Shown in pieces: positions 23,056 to 37,515 of a stretch of 64,000 nt of DNA. The position numbers and the translations under genes were made by a program. The first letter of the stretch is position 1. Every line of letters starts with the position of its first letter. The notes under the pieces are model-generated. The model saw only the letters and a list, made by a program, of their open reading frames with translations, did not search any database and was not told the origin of the DNA. This DNA comes from Camelus dromedarius (lineage: Eukaryota): assembly GCF_036321535.1 (NCBI RefSeq), contig NC_087447.1:51648001-51712000 (forward strand), in the 5' to 3' direction.

Positions 23056-26000
23056 CTATAAAAAGAAAGATCACAAAAAATTTATTTTAAAATTGTTTTA
23101 AAAATCATATTTCCTAAAAATTAACACTTAATATTCTTATAGAAAGAAACCCCTAATAATTGCCTTATTTTCTAGTTCTCAACCATGGCTTGGCAATCAC
23201 TAAGACATTTTGTTCCACTGAATGAAGATAACCTCGGAAAAATCTGTGGTGACATCCAGGTGGTTGGAGGGGCCAACGGCTGCCAGAGGGGTCCTGGCTG
23301 GTGAAAGAAGGAATGGGTAGGGAGGGGCAGGAGCTCAGATGGTCAAGCTCTCCATGCCTGCACTGTTGGTGCAAGAGGTTCCTGGCACACCTGCCAGTAA
23401 TCTGCTGCTCAGAGAGAATAAGCCCGTGAGGCTATATACGCTCCTGCTGCCGGAGGGAGCTGGTGGAAACATGGAGGCAAAGAGCCAAAGGTCTGGGACT
23501 GAGGACTGCTCTGGCACTGGGTCTCCCTCTTAGGAATCAATATTCCCAAGATTCCTTCCAGCTCTCACATCCAGCAGTCCTGGGTACTCCCCAACACTGA
23601 TACATCCACTATTTTTGGCTTTGTACTAGTCTTTGAGCTCTTCAATGGCAAAAAAACCCTATACCTTTCTGATCCTCTATAAACATGACATATGTGACTA
23701 AAGGCTATGAAAATATTAGAGCAATAAAATTTCAGAGCTAAATAGAACCTTCCAGATAACTAGTCTGATGAAATGTAAATGCTTACTATTACACATTTAC
23801 ATAAATAGGAAAATCTATTTAAAAATATATATATTTACAAGTTCAAAAATTTCCTAAACTCATTCCTTCATGTATGTGTATATCTGAATTGTCTATGTGT
23901 GTAAAATACAAACAAGAAAACAGCTGAAATACAATTATATTCACAGCTGCACAAACATAAGTAGAGTGGGCTGAGGAAACTCCTGTCTGTAGCTGGATAA
24001 AGGCTTCAGAGATGAGTTGAGCAAGAATTTGCTAGGTGCACAGGGGAAAGAGGGCAAGAGGAGGGTCAAGGAGGTACAGCGTGTACAGAATGATACAGGG
24101 TAGGTTCAGGACACAGCATTTCATGGGGCAGGAGATGAGGCAGGGCTCTGTGTAGTTGAGATCAGGCATTACTGATTAAGTGCCTACTATGTGTAGGTTC
24201 TGTGCTGCAGGCTGGGGAAACAAAGATGAAGTCCAGTGAGGCACACAGCCTGTATATGTAATGGGGTGGATACAAGGTATGGGTTAAGTGTTTCTACCAG
24301 GCAATTAGCTCAGCCTGGGAAAATAAGCCATCCGAGGGAGTCTGGATTTAATCCTAAAGGGAATGGATAGCTATTTTAAGCATATTCGTATTTATCCAGA
24401 GAGATTATCAGTGCCTGAACCAGAGTAGTGGCAGTGGCAGAGAGGAGAATTCAGAGCTGAGAATCATTTAGGGAGCAGAACGGTAAGACTTGATGACTAA
24501 TGGGAAGTGAAAAGAGAAGGACTTGAAGATGATTCCCAGGCTTCTGGCTGGAGTACCCAGGTGGACAGTAATGCCATTCACTGAAGCAGGACACAAAAGC
24601 ACAGGAGGTCTGGGCAAGCAGAGGGGACCTGAGTTCTGTTTGCTGTCTGAGGGACACAGAGGTACTCAGCCAGAAATTGGATATATGAATTGAAGAGAAT
24701 TCTGTTTTATAGACACAGATGTGGGAGTCAACAGAACATAGAAGGCACTGAAGTCACAGGCATGAATAAGATTAACCAGAGAAAATGATACAGAGTAAGA
24801 AAGAAGTTTTCTACAATTAACTTGAAATACCTTTATCAGGAAAATCCTCTGGATGTGACTTCATGTATGCAAACATATCATGGTCCCTCGCAGCGTACAT
24901 GTAGTCTTGACGTTTTAAAAGGTAATATCCAATAAAAACAAAGGAAGTAATATATAGTAGCTGGCGATGCAAACCTGAAATTCAACAAATCCCAAAGAAA
25001 GCAAAAATCAGTCATGTGTACTAAAAAAAAATTAAAATTACACTTTCACATTTCAGATATATAATTTGTTATTTCTCCCAAAATTCTTTTTTAAAAAAAG
25101 GCTTTTGTATATGGGTATTCTGACAGCCTTGACCTTGGGACATCTTCCTAAGGGGTATCTGGCAATTATGAGAGCAACATTAAATCTACAAAATAACTAT
25201 TCAACAGAACCCAAGATTTTTAAAATTCAAGTTTTATAAGTTTCTTCAAGAAAAACGGTAGATAAGTACAAAACCTGAATGGTAGACTGAGAACAGGGGG
25301 AAAAAGTTTTTCTTTTTCAATAAGTTAACTTTAGACCTAGACAAACTTGTATTCCAAGAAGTGTTCTGGATATGATGAGTAGAGGTAAAGTCCTCTGCAA
25401 ATGGTCTAAAAGCAATTTGGTTTGTCTGCATATATTGATTCATATTTGATATTTAGTGGTTACTGAAACAGTACACTATACTACATATGGAATCAATGTA
25501 TGTCAGTTCTCTTTTGTACCTTCTACAGCTTGTAATTTTGCATGTACTACCTATTCAAAAACTATCTTAAAAAAAATCATCCTATTGTAATGAGGATTAC
25601 GTCTGAAGGGGAGATCCAAAGATATGAACTTTATATAGAAAAAAAAATTTTTTTTTTTTTTAACAAAAGGCGAACTGCAGATTTTCTAGCTATGCCCCAG
25701 AATTCTATCCCCAGGCCTCTTCTTATCCTATACATCTTCCTTTGGAGAACTTGTTTATTCCTATAGTTTTATCCATTATCCATGTGCTGGTGACCCGTAA
25801 GTACATCAAACTCAGACACCCATGCTGAACAACAGCCATATTCAAATGTTTGACACATTCAACTGAATGCCCTTAAACAAACTCAGTTTCTTTATATTCA
25901 TACCTTTTTTCCTAAGTCAGAGAGTGAGACCATTTACCCAGGAATCCAAGTCCTGCATATTAAATACAGTAAAATCCCTTCTTTTCCACCCTCTTTCCCC

Positions 26001-29000
26001 ACATCCAGTCACTGAGTCCTGTTATTTCTACCTTAGGAATATTTCCTTTCCTTACTTCAGGGAACTTATGCTCACTTATACTAACTGGTCTCCCTTTCAT
26101 CTCAATTTCCACTCCATATTCATCACAGCTTTCACCCTGTCACTAGAGGAATTTTTACTAAAATACAAACCTAGCTTGTCAATGCCTTCTTCAGTACACC
26201 CAACAGGACCCAAACTCCTGCATATGACCTCCCAGACCCCTCACAAGCTTACTCTTCCTCCTTCATTTTCTGACACTCCCTGATATGCACACTGTGCTCA
26301 GCAATACTGAACTGCTTTTAATTCCTCATACATTCTAGGCTCCTTCAAGCTTCTATATACTAAGCACTGATTACTTCTCTGCCCAGCAACTTCCTGATCC
26401 TTCAAGACTCAACTTGGACATCACTTCTGCTAAGAAGTCTTCCCAGAACTTTCCTGGATTTAAAAGGGTGAACTCATGTCTATTAACATGTAAGTTGCTT
26501 TGGTAATTATTTCTCTACTACCAGGCAAAGCCAATGTTTGGTTCATCTTTGTACACCAGCACACAGAGAGCACTTAATACATATATAATAAATGGATAGA
26601 TGGCCTTGGGCAAATCAATTTACTACCTTTAAAACAAAAATAATACCTAACCTATCTTTCTCACAGTAGTTATTACAGTGTTTTAGAAAAATTATAAAAC
26701 AATAAAAATGTAAAATATTACTATGATCTGGGGCAGAACAGGGTCCAGGCTCTTTTGCATTCTCCCTTACCCCCAACAGCCTCTGCTTCCCCTAATGGGC
26801 CACCTGTAATACAGTAAACCAAAATGTGCTGGGTTCTCCCAGGTGCCATTGGACTACACAGATACAAAGACCCAGACTCTCTGTGCTTACTCATATCCTC
26901 ACAGAGGAAAACTCGATAAATAATTTTGATAATATCAGTGTTCTCGCCCCCAAGGCATGGCTTGGCCTCTTCCCAGGTCCCCATTTCCCTAGCCTCTTCT
27001 CTCTCAGCAGTGGTCTCCCTCTCATCACAAACACAACCCCTCCACAATCATTTCTCTCTTTGTTCCTTTACTGAGTGAATCTAAACCTGGATGTCATGGT
27101 GCTCTCTGCAGAACACCATAAATTACTGATATATTAAACTAGAAATTCAATAAATATTTAATTCTGTGGACTACATTTAGATACCAACTAACTCTATATT
27201 TAGAGCAGGTAAATGGTAACCAGCAACAAAGGTTTAAAAATAGGTGATGGGAGAAAAGCTTAAGAACAAATTCTATTTAATATTTTCTGCTAACTTGAAA
27301 AAGAGCTGCACAATTTTATTTCACTGATAGAATATTCCAACACTACCTACAGAATGCTCGGTACTCCCCATGGCCATAGTTGGACACTCCACCATGTGTC
27401 TCTTTCCCTACTCTTCCAACTTTATGTGCATAAATTCGTACCACAATTCATCTTTTTAATAGATATCCTCATCTGATTTGTAAATCTTTGGAGGATTGGA
27501 ACCATGTTTTGTATTTCCTTGTAATCTACACATTCATTCAATAAGTACTTATTGAGCATTACTATATGCCAGATATTGAACTAGGTAAACAAAATATCCA
27601 TTTAATAAATGCTGCTGAGGATAACTATTTCAATAAAGTCCTCAAACCTAAATTTTCCAAAGTAACTAAGGGAAACCCAGGTAACTTAGGAACTGACCCC
27701 CAGCCCTTGACTAAGTGCTTTACATCCATCATCTCATCTAGTTCTCACAACCACACAAAGGTAGATATTATCCCTATTTCATAGACGAGGAAACTAAAGC
27801 TCACAGAGATAAGTAACTTCCTCGGAATCAAGTGGCTAGTCACAGGGAGGTGGTGTCAAAACCAAAGCATGTGCTCTTAACTACTATGCTCTTCTGTCTC
27901 CCAGGAAAGACACAAAACATTGTTTGGCAACAATGAGGTGAGGTTAAGTGGTATATCTGTCACATTTCAGCCAATCTTCACTTCCTCTGGAACAGTATCC
28001 CTCTGAGCTGAACCTCCTTCCTGCTCCCAAAGCACTCTCTGCTCACCCACCTCTATCAAAACATGTATCTGTCACACCAAGACCCATACCTGTCCCTCCC
28101 CTCCAGCTCCCAACTAGACCAGTTCCTCAAGGGCAGGGCAGTATTCCTCCCCCTATATACCAGATGAGTAACACTGCCTGGCACAGAGAAAGAGCTCAGT
28201 TAAGGGTGAACAAACATGATAAACTGTGTAACAAGAGCTAAGGAAAGGGAAACTGTTCAGCACCTTCTGTGTGCCAGGCATTTACCTATAGAATCTCACT
28301 TAATTCTCACAAAAAAGTATGCAAAAGTGAATTATGTAAAAACAAATTATTCAAGTAACTTGCCCAAGGTGACATGGTTAGGCAGCAATGGAGCAAGGCT
28401 ATTTAGTGCCAAAGTGGAGCTCTTTCCTTCATACCAAACAACAGGCCTGGGCAAATGTGGAGTAGTGATAAAAAGAGAGGACACTCCATGTCCCCAGTGG
28501 CAGAAATGGACAAAGATCACTCCTTTCTGTGGAGTGGGATCATATCCAAGGCAGATGAGATTTCAAGTCTAATTGAGCACTAGAAGTGATAAGATTTGGT
28601 GGGCTGGGAGTCGACCTGCAGGCCTGACATACAGCTGGAAGAAGGCAGAAGAGGCACACGTATGGTGATTCCTGGTTGCCTGAACCACTGTATTAGCTTT
28701 CTTCCTAACTGGGCTCCTTAGCGCCAATCAGTTTCACATTGTTGACAAAGATGACCTTTTAAAATACAGGTCTGATCACTGCATTTCCCCTGACAATTCT
28801 GAAAAACATGTGAGATTCCTGTCTGCTTACAGAATAAATTACCATGATCTACCTAGATCTTTTGTTGCCTTATCGCCCTACTCTGCACTCACTCAGCAAC
28901 TGCCCCCGATTCAGGCGCTTTTGCCCCCATTCAGTCCCACTAGCCTCCCATGGGCCTGGAAGGCTCTCTTCAAGTACCTGACAGATCAAAACTAAGTTCA

Positions 29001-29939
29001 AACACAACTTTTATAAAGTTTTTCTCTTTTCCCTTTGTACATCCATAGCCCTTAGCGCAGTTACTGTGTCACCTATTATCAGTGTTGGTCTCTGACAGAT
29101 GGGCCACTGACTTTCTAGGAAATACAGCCCAGTGGTTTAGAGCCTCCTACTCAATGTGAGGTCCCCAGACCAGCAGCATCTGGGAGTTGGTTAACATCAG
29201 GCATCCAGATCTAACGAATCAGAATCCGCATTTAACAAGATCTCCAAGCTATTACTATGCACATTAAATCTGAGAAGTGCAGGTTTTGAATACAGACAGG
29301 TTTAAAAACAGACGGTGCTACTTACTATCCATATGACCTTGGGCAAGCTGCTTTAACCTCTCTAAGGCTCTGTTTCCTCACTGTGAATAATACCTCCCCA
29401 CAAAAGGTGTTTGAAGATTAAATGCTATAATGCACACAGTGTTAAGCAGTGCATTGCATCGATTGATCATTCATTCTTACACATCCCACAGAGCGAACTG
29501 GGGGGCGGGGGGAGCAGGCAAATTCAGTCTCGGGTCCTTCAGAGACTCACTGTGAGGTCGTGGGTTGCACTGCACCTCAGTTTCCTTAAGTACCAAATAA
29601 TAACTCTGGCCCGGCCCCGTTCTGAGAAGCTCACGGGGGAGGGGAGGCGGGGCCTGTTGGGCGAAAAGGCCCTGAAAAGCCGAGGCACCTCAGGCAGCCT
29701 AAGGCGGAGCCGGCCCTCAGTCCTGCGACCCCCTCTTTCTCTCAGCAGATCCCGCCTGCGCAGCCCTCACCCGCCGACACCACCGGCCTCCGCCGGATCG
29801 CGTTATCAATCAGGCCGGAGCAGTAGCCCAAGAAGCCGACGTAGGCGAGCCGCGGGTCAGTCAGCTTGGGCGGCGGCAGGCTCCGAGCCTCATCCGGCAG
29901 GAGCTGTAAGGGCATTCGGCTCGGCCGTCCGCTCATCAT
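23006..29939 (-). CDS. NDUFC2: NADH:ubiquinone oxidoreductase subunit C2 (B14.5b), 120 aa; join(29771..29939, 24831..24974, 23006..23055) on minus strand
   Basis: Exons of 169+144+50=363 nt splice in frame at GT-AG sites to [31 protein letters not shown]...[64 protein letters not shown]. Confidence 0.97.
24831..24974 (-). CDS. NDUFC2: NDUFC2 coding exon 2
   Basis: TTTCAG acceptor; encodes (G)[47 protein letters not shown]; donor G|GTATTT. Confidence 0.96.
29130..29285. mobile_element. MER5A-like element (related copies near 13530-13670 and 53640-53730)
   Basis: CCCCAGACCAGCAGCATC...GAATCAGAATCCGCATTTAACAAGATCTCC...GCACATTAAATCTGAGAAG. Confidence 0.7.
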
Positions 29940-30320
29940 GGTGATGCCGTTCCCACTTGAGGCCTGGCCTCAGACCGCCAACTACAAAGAAAACCACCAC
30001 GACCACTGCCGGGGCACAAGCCACGAGCTTTCTCCTCCGAGCGCGGGTCTGAAGGGCATGACACAGGGCGGTGCAGCGCCCAAATGCTTCCCCTAGCGCG
30101 CTCCTGCCGGAACCGCGCGCGGGAGGTTCCGGGTCACTAAATGGCCAACATGGCTCTCCTGCCGGCCGGCGCTAACTCTACCGGAGGGATTTCGGGTGCT
30201 TGGTACCTGGGGTGGAAGAGTCCAGGAAGCGAGCCAAACGGAGAGACTGCGTGACGCTTTTTTGGGGGGTTAACCTTCTCTACTTGCAATTACCTCTCCT
30301 TCCCCCGCCCTGGAATGTTC
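29600..30320. promoter_or_regulatory. NDUFC2: CpG island / NDUFC2 promoter
   Basis: High GC and CpG density around exon 1; ETS-like CCGGAA and TTCCGG near 30107-30132; YY1-like AACATGGC near 30147; GC box near 30302. Confidence 0.85.
29771..29939 (-). CDS. NDUFC2: NDUFC2 coding exon 1
   Basis: ACCATGATG start; [18 protein letters not shown] motif; donor G|GTGAGG. Confidence 0.96.
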
Positions 30321-31349
30321 CTTCAGCAGGAATTTAATTTTTCATCCAACACCCATAAGTGGACTTGATGGATAGTTTTAAAAAATGTAATTGAGATCTC
30401 ATAAAAGCTAAATTTTCTGGGTTTCCCGTGGTTCATTCACACAGGCATAGCCTCCACAAAGCCTAAAATTAAGCTCCAGCCAGCCATAAAAAATTCGGAG
30501 AACCCCAGGACTCGAACATTTATCCAAACTCTCCAGATTCATCCTGAGTCTTCAGGTCCTTGTACGGGGCTGAGGGACGAGGTGTTTCCTAAAGTTTCGA
30601 GGAATGAAAAAAAGAAGGAATCTATAACGTTCTGTCAAGTAATTGTCCAGTCTCTGCTCACCTGCCTCCAATACTAAGGAGCTCGGATCTTTGAACCCTC
30701 TGTTTAGAATGCCCTTCCTGATAAGGAACTAAAATGTCTTCTTTTCGTGTCCATTCATTAGTGGAATCAACATTTTATCTAAAGGAGTGCCTATTAAGCC
30801 AGAGGTTAATGCAAAGTTATATGCATCAAAAGTATTGATCTCCAAAGCGGAAGAATTAAGTATCAGTTAATAAAGATGGACCTTTTATGCCTGCAAAGAG
30901 CACTTCCAGATCTGTAGTATTTTCAAGTTAGGATTTTCCAAAGGAATATATATTGGAACAATTTCCTGGAAGGCAGCAAATGTTTCAGAGGTTCACACTC
31001 TTTGACCCAGTAATTATGTATCTGAGAATGTGTCCTATGTAAATACTAGTATGATATATGAAAAAGCTTATTTGCAGTCTTTTTTTTAAACTATAGTGTT
31101 TCCTTTAAAATTATATCAAAGCAGGGAAAAATCACTAATAATCTACCATAGGATTATATAAAATTTGAATACTAGATGAACTATTAGGCAAATACTTAAA
31201 TATATAAATGATGTGAACATATTCCCTACATTCTTCTGGGTCCAATCTCTCTCTTTTTTTTAAGAAAAAACATACCCAAAACCAAACAACAGTATACCCA
31301 TGTTCTACCACCCAGAATCAATCATTGTTAATATTTTGTCATATTTATT

Positions 31350-32320
31350 TTATTTTTTATTGAAGTATAGTTGATTTACAATGTTGTTAGTTTGCAGTGT
31401 ACAGCAGTGATTCCATTTTATATATATATGAAGCCAAATCATATATATATGTATATACATATACTTTTTCAGATTCTTTTCCATTATAGCTTATTACAAG
31501 ATATTGACTATTGTTCCCTGTGCTATACAGTAAATATTTGCTGTTTATCTGTTTTACATATAGTAGTGTGTACCTGTTAATCCCGTACTTTTAATTATCC
31601 CTTCCCCTCTTACCCTTTGGTAACCATAAGTTTGTTTTCTATGTCTGTGAGTCTGTTTCTTTTTATAAATAAGTTCATTTGCATTACTTTTTAGATTCCA
31701 CATATACGTAATATCATATAGTTGTCTTTGATTTACTTCATTTAGTATGATAATCACTAGGTCCATCTATGTTGCTACAAATAGCAACATTTCATTCCTT
31801 TATGTCTTAGTAATATTATATTATATATATTTAATGGATATATATATTTATCATACATACATCCAATAATATATACATCCTATATATATGCCACATCTTT
31901 ACCTTTTAATGGATATATATGTATATACCTTTTTATGCATATATATATATACACACACACACCGTATCTTTATCCATTCATTTGTTGAAGGACAGTTAGG
32001 TTGCTTCCCTGTCTTGGCTATTGTAAGTAGTACTGCTATGAATTAAGAGTTTTCATCTTTTCTGGTTATGTGCCCAGGAGTGGGATTACTGGATCAGGTC
32101 ATAACTATTATTTTTAGTTTTTTAAGGAACCTCCATCTGTTTTCTATAGAGGCTGCACCAATTTACATTCTCACCAACATTGTAGGAGGGTTCCCTCTTC
32201 TCCACATCCTCTCCAGCATTTATTATTTGTAGACTTTTGGATGATGGCCATTCTGACCAGTGTGAGGTGGTACCTCATTGTAATTTTGATTTGTATTTCT
32301 CTAATGATTAGGGATATTGA
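31350..32320 (-). mobile_element. L1 3' fragment
   Basis: Antisense L1 3' UTR and ORF2 end; TSD TTGTCATATTTATTT. Confidence 0.9.
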
Positions 32321-32564
32321 GTTGTCATATTTATTTTAAAGGGGAAAAAACACTAAAAGATAAAGACCCCTTTCCGGTCTTCCCCAGAGACAATCACTAT
32401 CAACAGATTAGAATATACACTTCCAGTACACTTTTTATATTTTTAAATATATTTAGTATTGTGTTTCGTGTGCTTAAAAAGCTTTTTTTAACCTAAATAG
32501 TATGATTCATTGTTCCTGTTTTTTGCTGACTTTCATAATTCCTTATAGTGTTTTTGAGATATAT

Positions 32565-32698
32565 TTATTTTATCTTTTTGATGGGGGGAGGTAATTAGCT
32601 TTATTTATTTATTTATTTAATGGAAGTCCTGGGGATTGAACCCAGGATCTTGTGCATGCTAAGCACACACTCTACCACTGAGCTATATCCTTCCCCCT
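32565..32698 (-). mobile_element. tRNA-Ala-derived SINE
   Basis: Same consensus in reverse orientation. Confidence 0.85.
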
Positions 32699-32799
32699 TC
32701 AGATTTATTTTTGATGATACAGAAAGATCAGGTCCATTCCTTTTGATTACTGTATGCTATTTCAATATATAAATATGTCACATTTTATTCATCCATTAC

Positions 32800-34500
32800 C
32801 CTTTTGATGATATTTAGGTTGTTTTCAATTTCTTTTTCATCTACATAAGTCTATACTCCAGAATCTAGGGCCAAGACAAACTTTTGCACATGTGTACCTG
32901 GACTAAGAGATGTATAAAAATATACATAGGAATAATATCCATTTGTAATAGCCCAAAACTGCAAACATCCATTAAGAACTGAATAGATGACTAACACTAA
33001 GTTGTGGTGTTTTCATACAAAGGAATATCTATGCATCAGTATGATGAATCTCAAAAAAGAGGTTCATGTTAAAGAAGAGAATAAGAGATCAGAGAAAAAG
33101 GATAAGTTACAGGAGAATAAATGATTCCATTTATATAAAGTTTCATATTGGGCAAAAATATATTGTTTAGAGACACACATATTACTGTGTAGCATAATGT
33201 CCTTGAAGTTTATCCATGTAGTTGAATGTGACAGAATTTCCTTCCTTTTAAAACTTACATAATATTCCACTGTGAAATGTATATAATAAATTTTATCTAT
33301 CCATCCATCTGTTGATGTCCATTTGGGTTGCTTCCACCTCTTAGCTATTGTGAAATGATGCTACAATGAAAATAGATACGCAAATATCTCTTCAAGATCC
33401 TGCTTTGAATTCTTTTGGATATACACCCAGAAGTAGGATTGATGGATCATATGATCATTCTATTTTTGATGTTTTGAGGAAATAAAAAATAATTTTCTCC
33501 AGCTTTATTGTGATATTACTGACATAATACATATGTAAGTTTAAGGTGTACAGTGTGATGATTTGATACACATATATACTGCAAAATGATTACTACAATA
33601 AAGTTAGTTAACAGCCATGGTCTATTTCTGAACTCTGTTTTGTTCCACAGATCTCTCTGCCAAATGCAGTACCTATAATACTAATAACTATAGTTTTGTA
33701 ATATTCTTTTGTATCGGTAGGGTGTGTCAACTACATTTTTTTTCAAAAACTAGCTGAAAACAAATATTAGCTATTATTATTACTATTTGTACACCTCTAC
33801 TCATCCTCATGATTTTAAAATCACCTTGTCAATTTCCCTGAAAAATCTCAGAGATTGGGGTGTTGGTTGGAACTGCACTGAATTTATAGACTAAAATGTG
33901 GAGACTCAATTTATTTAAAATGCTGAACTTTCTCATGCATTAAAACGATATATATTTCTCCATTTATTTAAGTTTTCTTTTTTTAACCCTCATTAAAACA
34001 TTATAATTTTTCCCATAAAATTCTTACACATTTTTATTAGTTCATCTCTAGGCATTTATGGTTTCTGGTACTGTTGTGACTGACATCTTACATTTTATTA
34101 CCTTTTCTAAGTGGTGAATTAGAATGTTGCTTTTATATCCAGCAATCTCGCTAAACTCTCATTAATTCTAATAGTATTTTCACTTGATTCTGTTGGATTT
34201 CCCCACATCCTTGGCAACCCTTGCCCGTTGCCATTGCCAAACTCTAATCTATTAATGGAAATGTTATTTCATTTTTGCTTGCCTTTCCTTGATTATTTGT
34301 GAAGTTGAATATCTTTTCATATTTATTGGCTATTTCAGCTTCCTTTTCTGTGAATTAATTGACTATCTTTTAGCCATTTTTCTTTTGGATCATCTTTACT
34401 GGATGATTTGTAGAAATTTCACACATATACTTAACACTAATGAAAGTTACTGTTTTTGTGTAGTCAGATTTATTCATTTTCCCCCTTTATGAACTGTGCT
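32800..34500. mobile_element. Cluster of degraded nested L1M fragments
   Basis: Antisense L1 motifs, e.g. CATTTGGGTTGCTTCCACCTCTTAGCTATTGTG and ACACCCAGAAGTAGGATTG. Confidence 0.65.
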
Positions 34501-35997
34501 TTTTGTGTCTTGTAAAACAAATCTTGTTCATCCATTATAAGGTCTTTCTGTTCTCATCTTCAATTAAATTACCTTCATGGAGAACACCAGTGACCTCCGT
34601 ATTACCACACCCAATGATGACAATTTTACTCAACATCTCAGCAGCATTTGGCACAGGTGTCCTTTCCATCCTTTCAATTAACATTGTCTTCCTCCAGCCT
34701 CCAGGACACCTATACTCCTAATTTTTCTCTTGCTTCACTGGCTTCACTTAATTTCCTCTGATGTCTCCTCTTTTTATTCTCAGATGAACATTCTGCAAAT
34801 GTTAGGTTTCCTCAAGACCTGTCCTGGGGCCTCGTATCTTTATTATCTATTCTCTTCCCTTAAATGATTTATCTACTCCCTTGGCCTTAATTACCATGAA
34901 TATAGTGATGACTCAAACATTTATTACTCTAGCGTAAATGCTATTCTGAGTTCAAATGATACATCTACTCACCTACTTGACATCTTCACCAGGATCTCTC
35001 ACAAACATTTCAAATTAAGTCTGTCCAAAAAGAAAACTTTTTTTTCGCATTGAGAAGATTAAAACATATTTTCAAGTGCAAGGAATAATATAACAAAAAC
35101 ACCACACCCACATTTCCACCACTGTAACACTTTGTTGTGTTTGGTTCAGGTCTTTATGTCCTGATGTCTATATGTAAAATACACACATAGACACGAGACC
35201 TATATATAGTCTCTTTTTAAAATACATAAATAAAATAGTACAGAGCAAAAATTACTCTTAAGCTCAACCTTTAGTCCCAGCCTCTTTCCTAACTCTTTAG
35301 AGGCAACCATGACCCTAAATTCCATATGCATATTAGTGTCTATTTTAATACATTTACTTTAATAGATTAATCCATAAACAAGGTAAAACTTTTTTTGTAT
35401 GTTTGGTTTTAAACTTTTACACATTCTGTATATATTATCTCCTTAGGTCCATGTTCACAAATTTCTCTAGGATCTGTATTTAGAATTAGAACTGAGTTTC
35501 AGAATACATGGATTTTCAATTTTACTAAATAGCATCAAATTCCTTTTAAAGAGACTCATCCAATTTCCATTCCCATCCACAATACATGTGAAAGTAGCAA
35601 TATTTTCTATTGCTAAACTTTAGTTTTTTCCAAACTAATGGTGAAAAAATGGGATCTCGTTGTTTGAATTTGCATTTCCCAGTGAAAATGAGTATATCCT
35701 TCTATAGTTATTTGCCATTTGGGTTTCCTTCTGTTCGACTGAATATTCATACACTTTGCTTATTTTCCTTAGTGTTGTCTTTTTCTTAATGATTTGTATG
35801 AATTTTTTTGTGTGAGGTAATATGAATCCTTTGTCTGTCACGTGTTACAAAATATTCTCCCCCAATCTGTTGTTTATCTTTTAACTTTGTTTATAAGGCC
35901 TTCTAATACACAGAAGTTAAAATTCTGATGTAGTAGTATTTATCATTCCACTCTTTTTCTTTACAGTTTGTTTTATGTTTTTAAAAAATCGTTCCAG

Positions 35998-36177
35998 GCC
36001 ACCTTTCGCACTCCATCCTCTTCGGAGACAGCCCACACTTTGTCTGTGGAGTGTGTATCTACTTTTACTCTAACCTGAGCACCCAACCCCACACCTTGTG
36101 GCCTTTCTCTTGCCTTACACTCTATGCAGTATGTATCTCGCTATATAAATCTACCTTTACTCAAAAAAAAAAAAAAA
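35998..36177 (+). mobile_element. Short polyadenylated retroposed insert with LTR-R-like sequence
   Basis: TSD AAAAAATC(G/A)TTCCAG at 35983-35997 and 36172-36186, TT|AAAA target site, A15 tail. Confidence 0.75.
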
Positions 36178-36979
36178 TCATTCCAGATCAATATCCTAAA
36201 TTTTAGGAATTTTACAATTTCCAAAACAAAGCTCTTGATACCACCCTTCCATCCTCTACTCGTTCTCCTACATTTTTCCCATCTCAGTAAATGATGCCAC
36301 CATCTATCCAAATGCACCCCTGAAAATATAGGGGTCATGTATGGTTCTTTTCTCACCCACAAGATCTACATCTAATCCATTTCTGACTCCTGACAATTCC
36401 AACTCCAAATCCATCCACTTCTCCATCACAATGCCACCACTCTTCTTCCAAACTCCATAATCTTGCACCTAGTTAATTCTTCATAGAGTAACTGGAGTGA
36501 TTTTTTAAAAATATGTCAGCCTACAAGACAATAAGAAAAGATGAAAAAATCTAATAGAAAAAGTGGCAAAGAATATAAACAGTTTTCATAAATGGCTCTT
36601 AGACATGTGAAAAGATTCTACTCTCTCTCATAAGAGAAATACAAATGAAAACTACTCTAAGATATCATTAGCAAGGACCTAAAAGAATGACACACTAAAT
36701 GGGCAGGTTTTTGGAGAAACAGGCACTTTCATACATTGCAACTTCTATGACCAATTGGGTGACAACTACCAAAATTATAAATGCACATAGACTTCAACCC
36801 AGAAATTTCACTTCTAGAAACTTAATCCTACAACATGTACAATCCTAGCATGTGTGCAGAACAAAATATTGATATTCATTACAGCAATATCCATACTGGC
36901 AACTGTACTGGAAACAACTTAAATGTCCATTAAGAGGAAAATTGTTAAATAAATTATGGTCAATTGATACAACAGATTC

Positions 36980-37515
36980 TCTAATGGACATATTCTGAGA
37001 TGGCCCCAATTATCTCTGCCTTCTGATGCTCATGCCCAGAGTAATCCCCTCCCCTTCAGTGTGAGTGGGACATGTGATTTCCTTCTACTATATAGAATGT
37101 GGCAAAGGTGATGGGATGTCACTGCCAGGATCACATTACTTAATATCTGTCTTGTTAGCAAACTCTCTCCCTTGCTGACTTTGATGAAACCAGCTGCTAT
37201 GTTATGAGTTAACTCTATGAAGAGGCAAGGAATTGAGAGTGGCCTCAACCAAACAGTCAACAAGAAACTGAGGCCCTCAGTCTTACAAACCATAAAGAAC
37301 TGAATTCTGTCAATGACCATGTGAGCATGGAAGCAGATCCCTCCCCAGTAAAACCTTGAGATGAGAACACAACTCCAGGTGACACCTTCACTGCAGCCTG
37401 AAGCAGAAGACCCAGATGAGCTGTGCCTGGACCCTGGGCCTACAGAAATTGTGAGATAATAAATGTGTTGTTTTCAGCCACTAAGTTTATTACACAGCAA
37501 TAGATAACTAATACA
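36980..37515 (+). mobile_element. MLT1 (MaLR) LTR inserted in an old L1
   Basis: GATGGCCCCAAT...GGCAAAGGTGATGGGATGTCAC...AATAAATGTGTTGTTTTCAGCCACTAAGTTT...GCAATAGATAACTAATACA. Confidence 0.85.

Noticed and set aside
29411..29944. 177-aa Arg/Ser-rich plus-strand ORF
   Set aside because: An antisense reading of the NDUFC2 CpG island and exon 1
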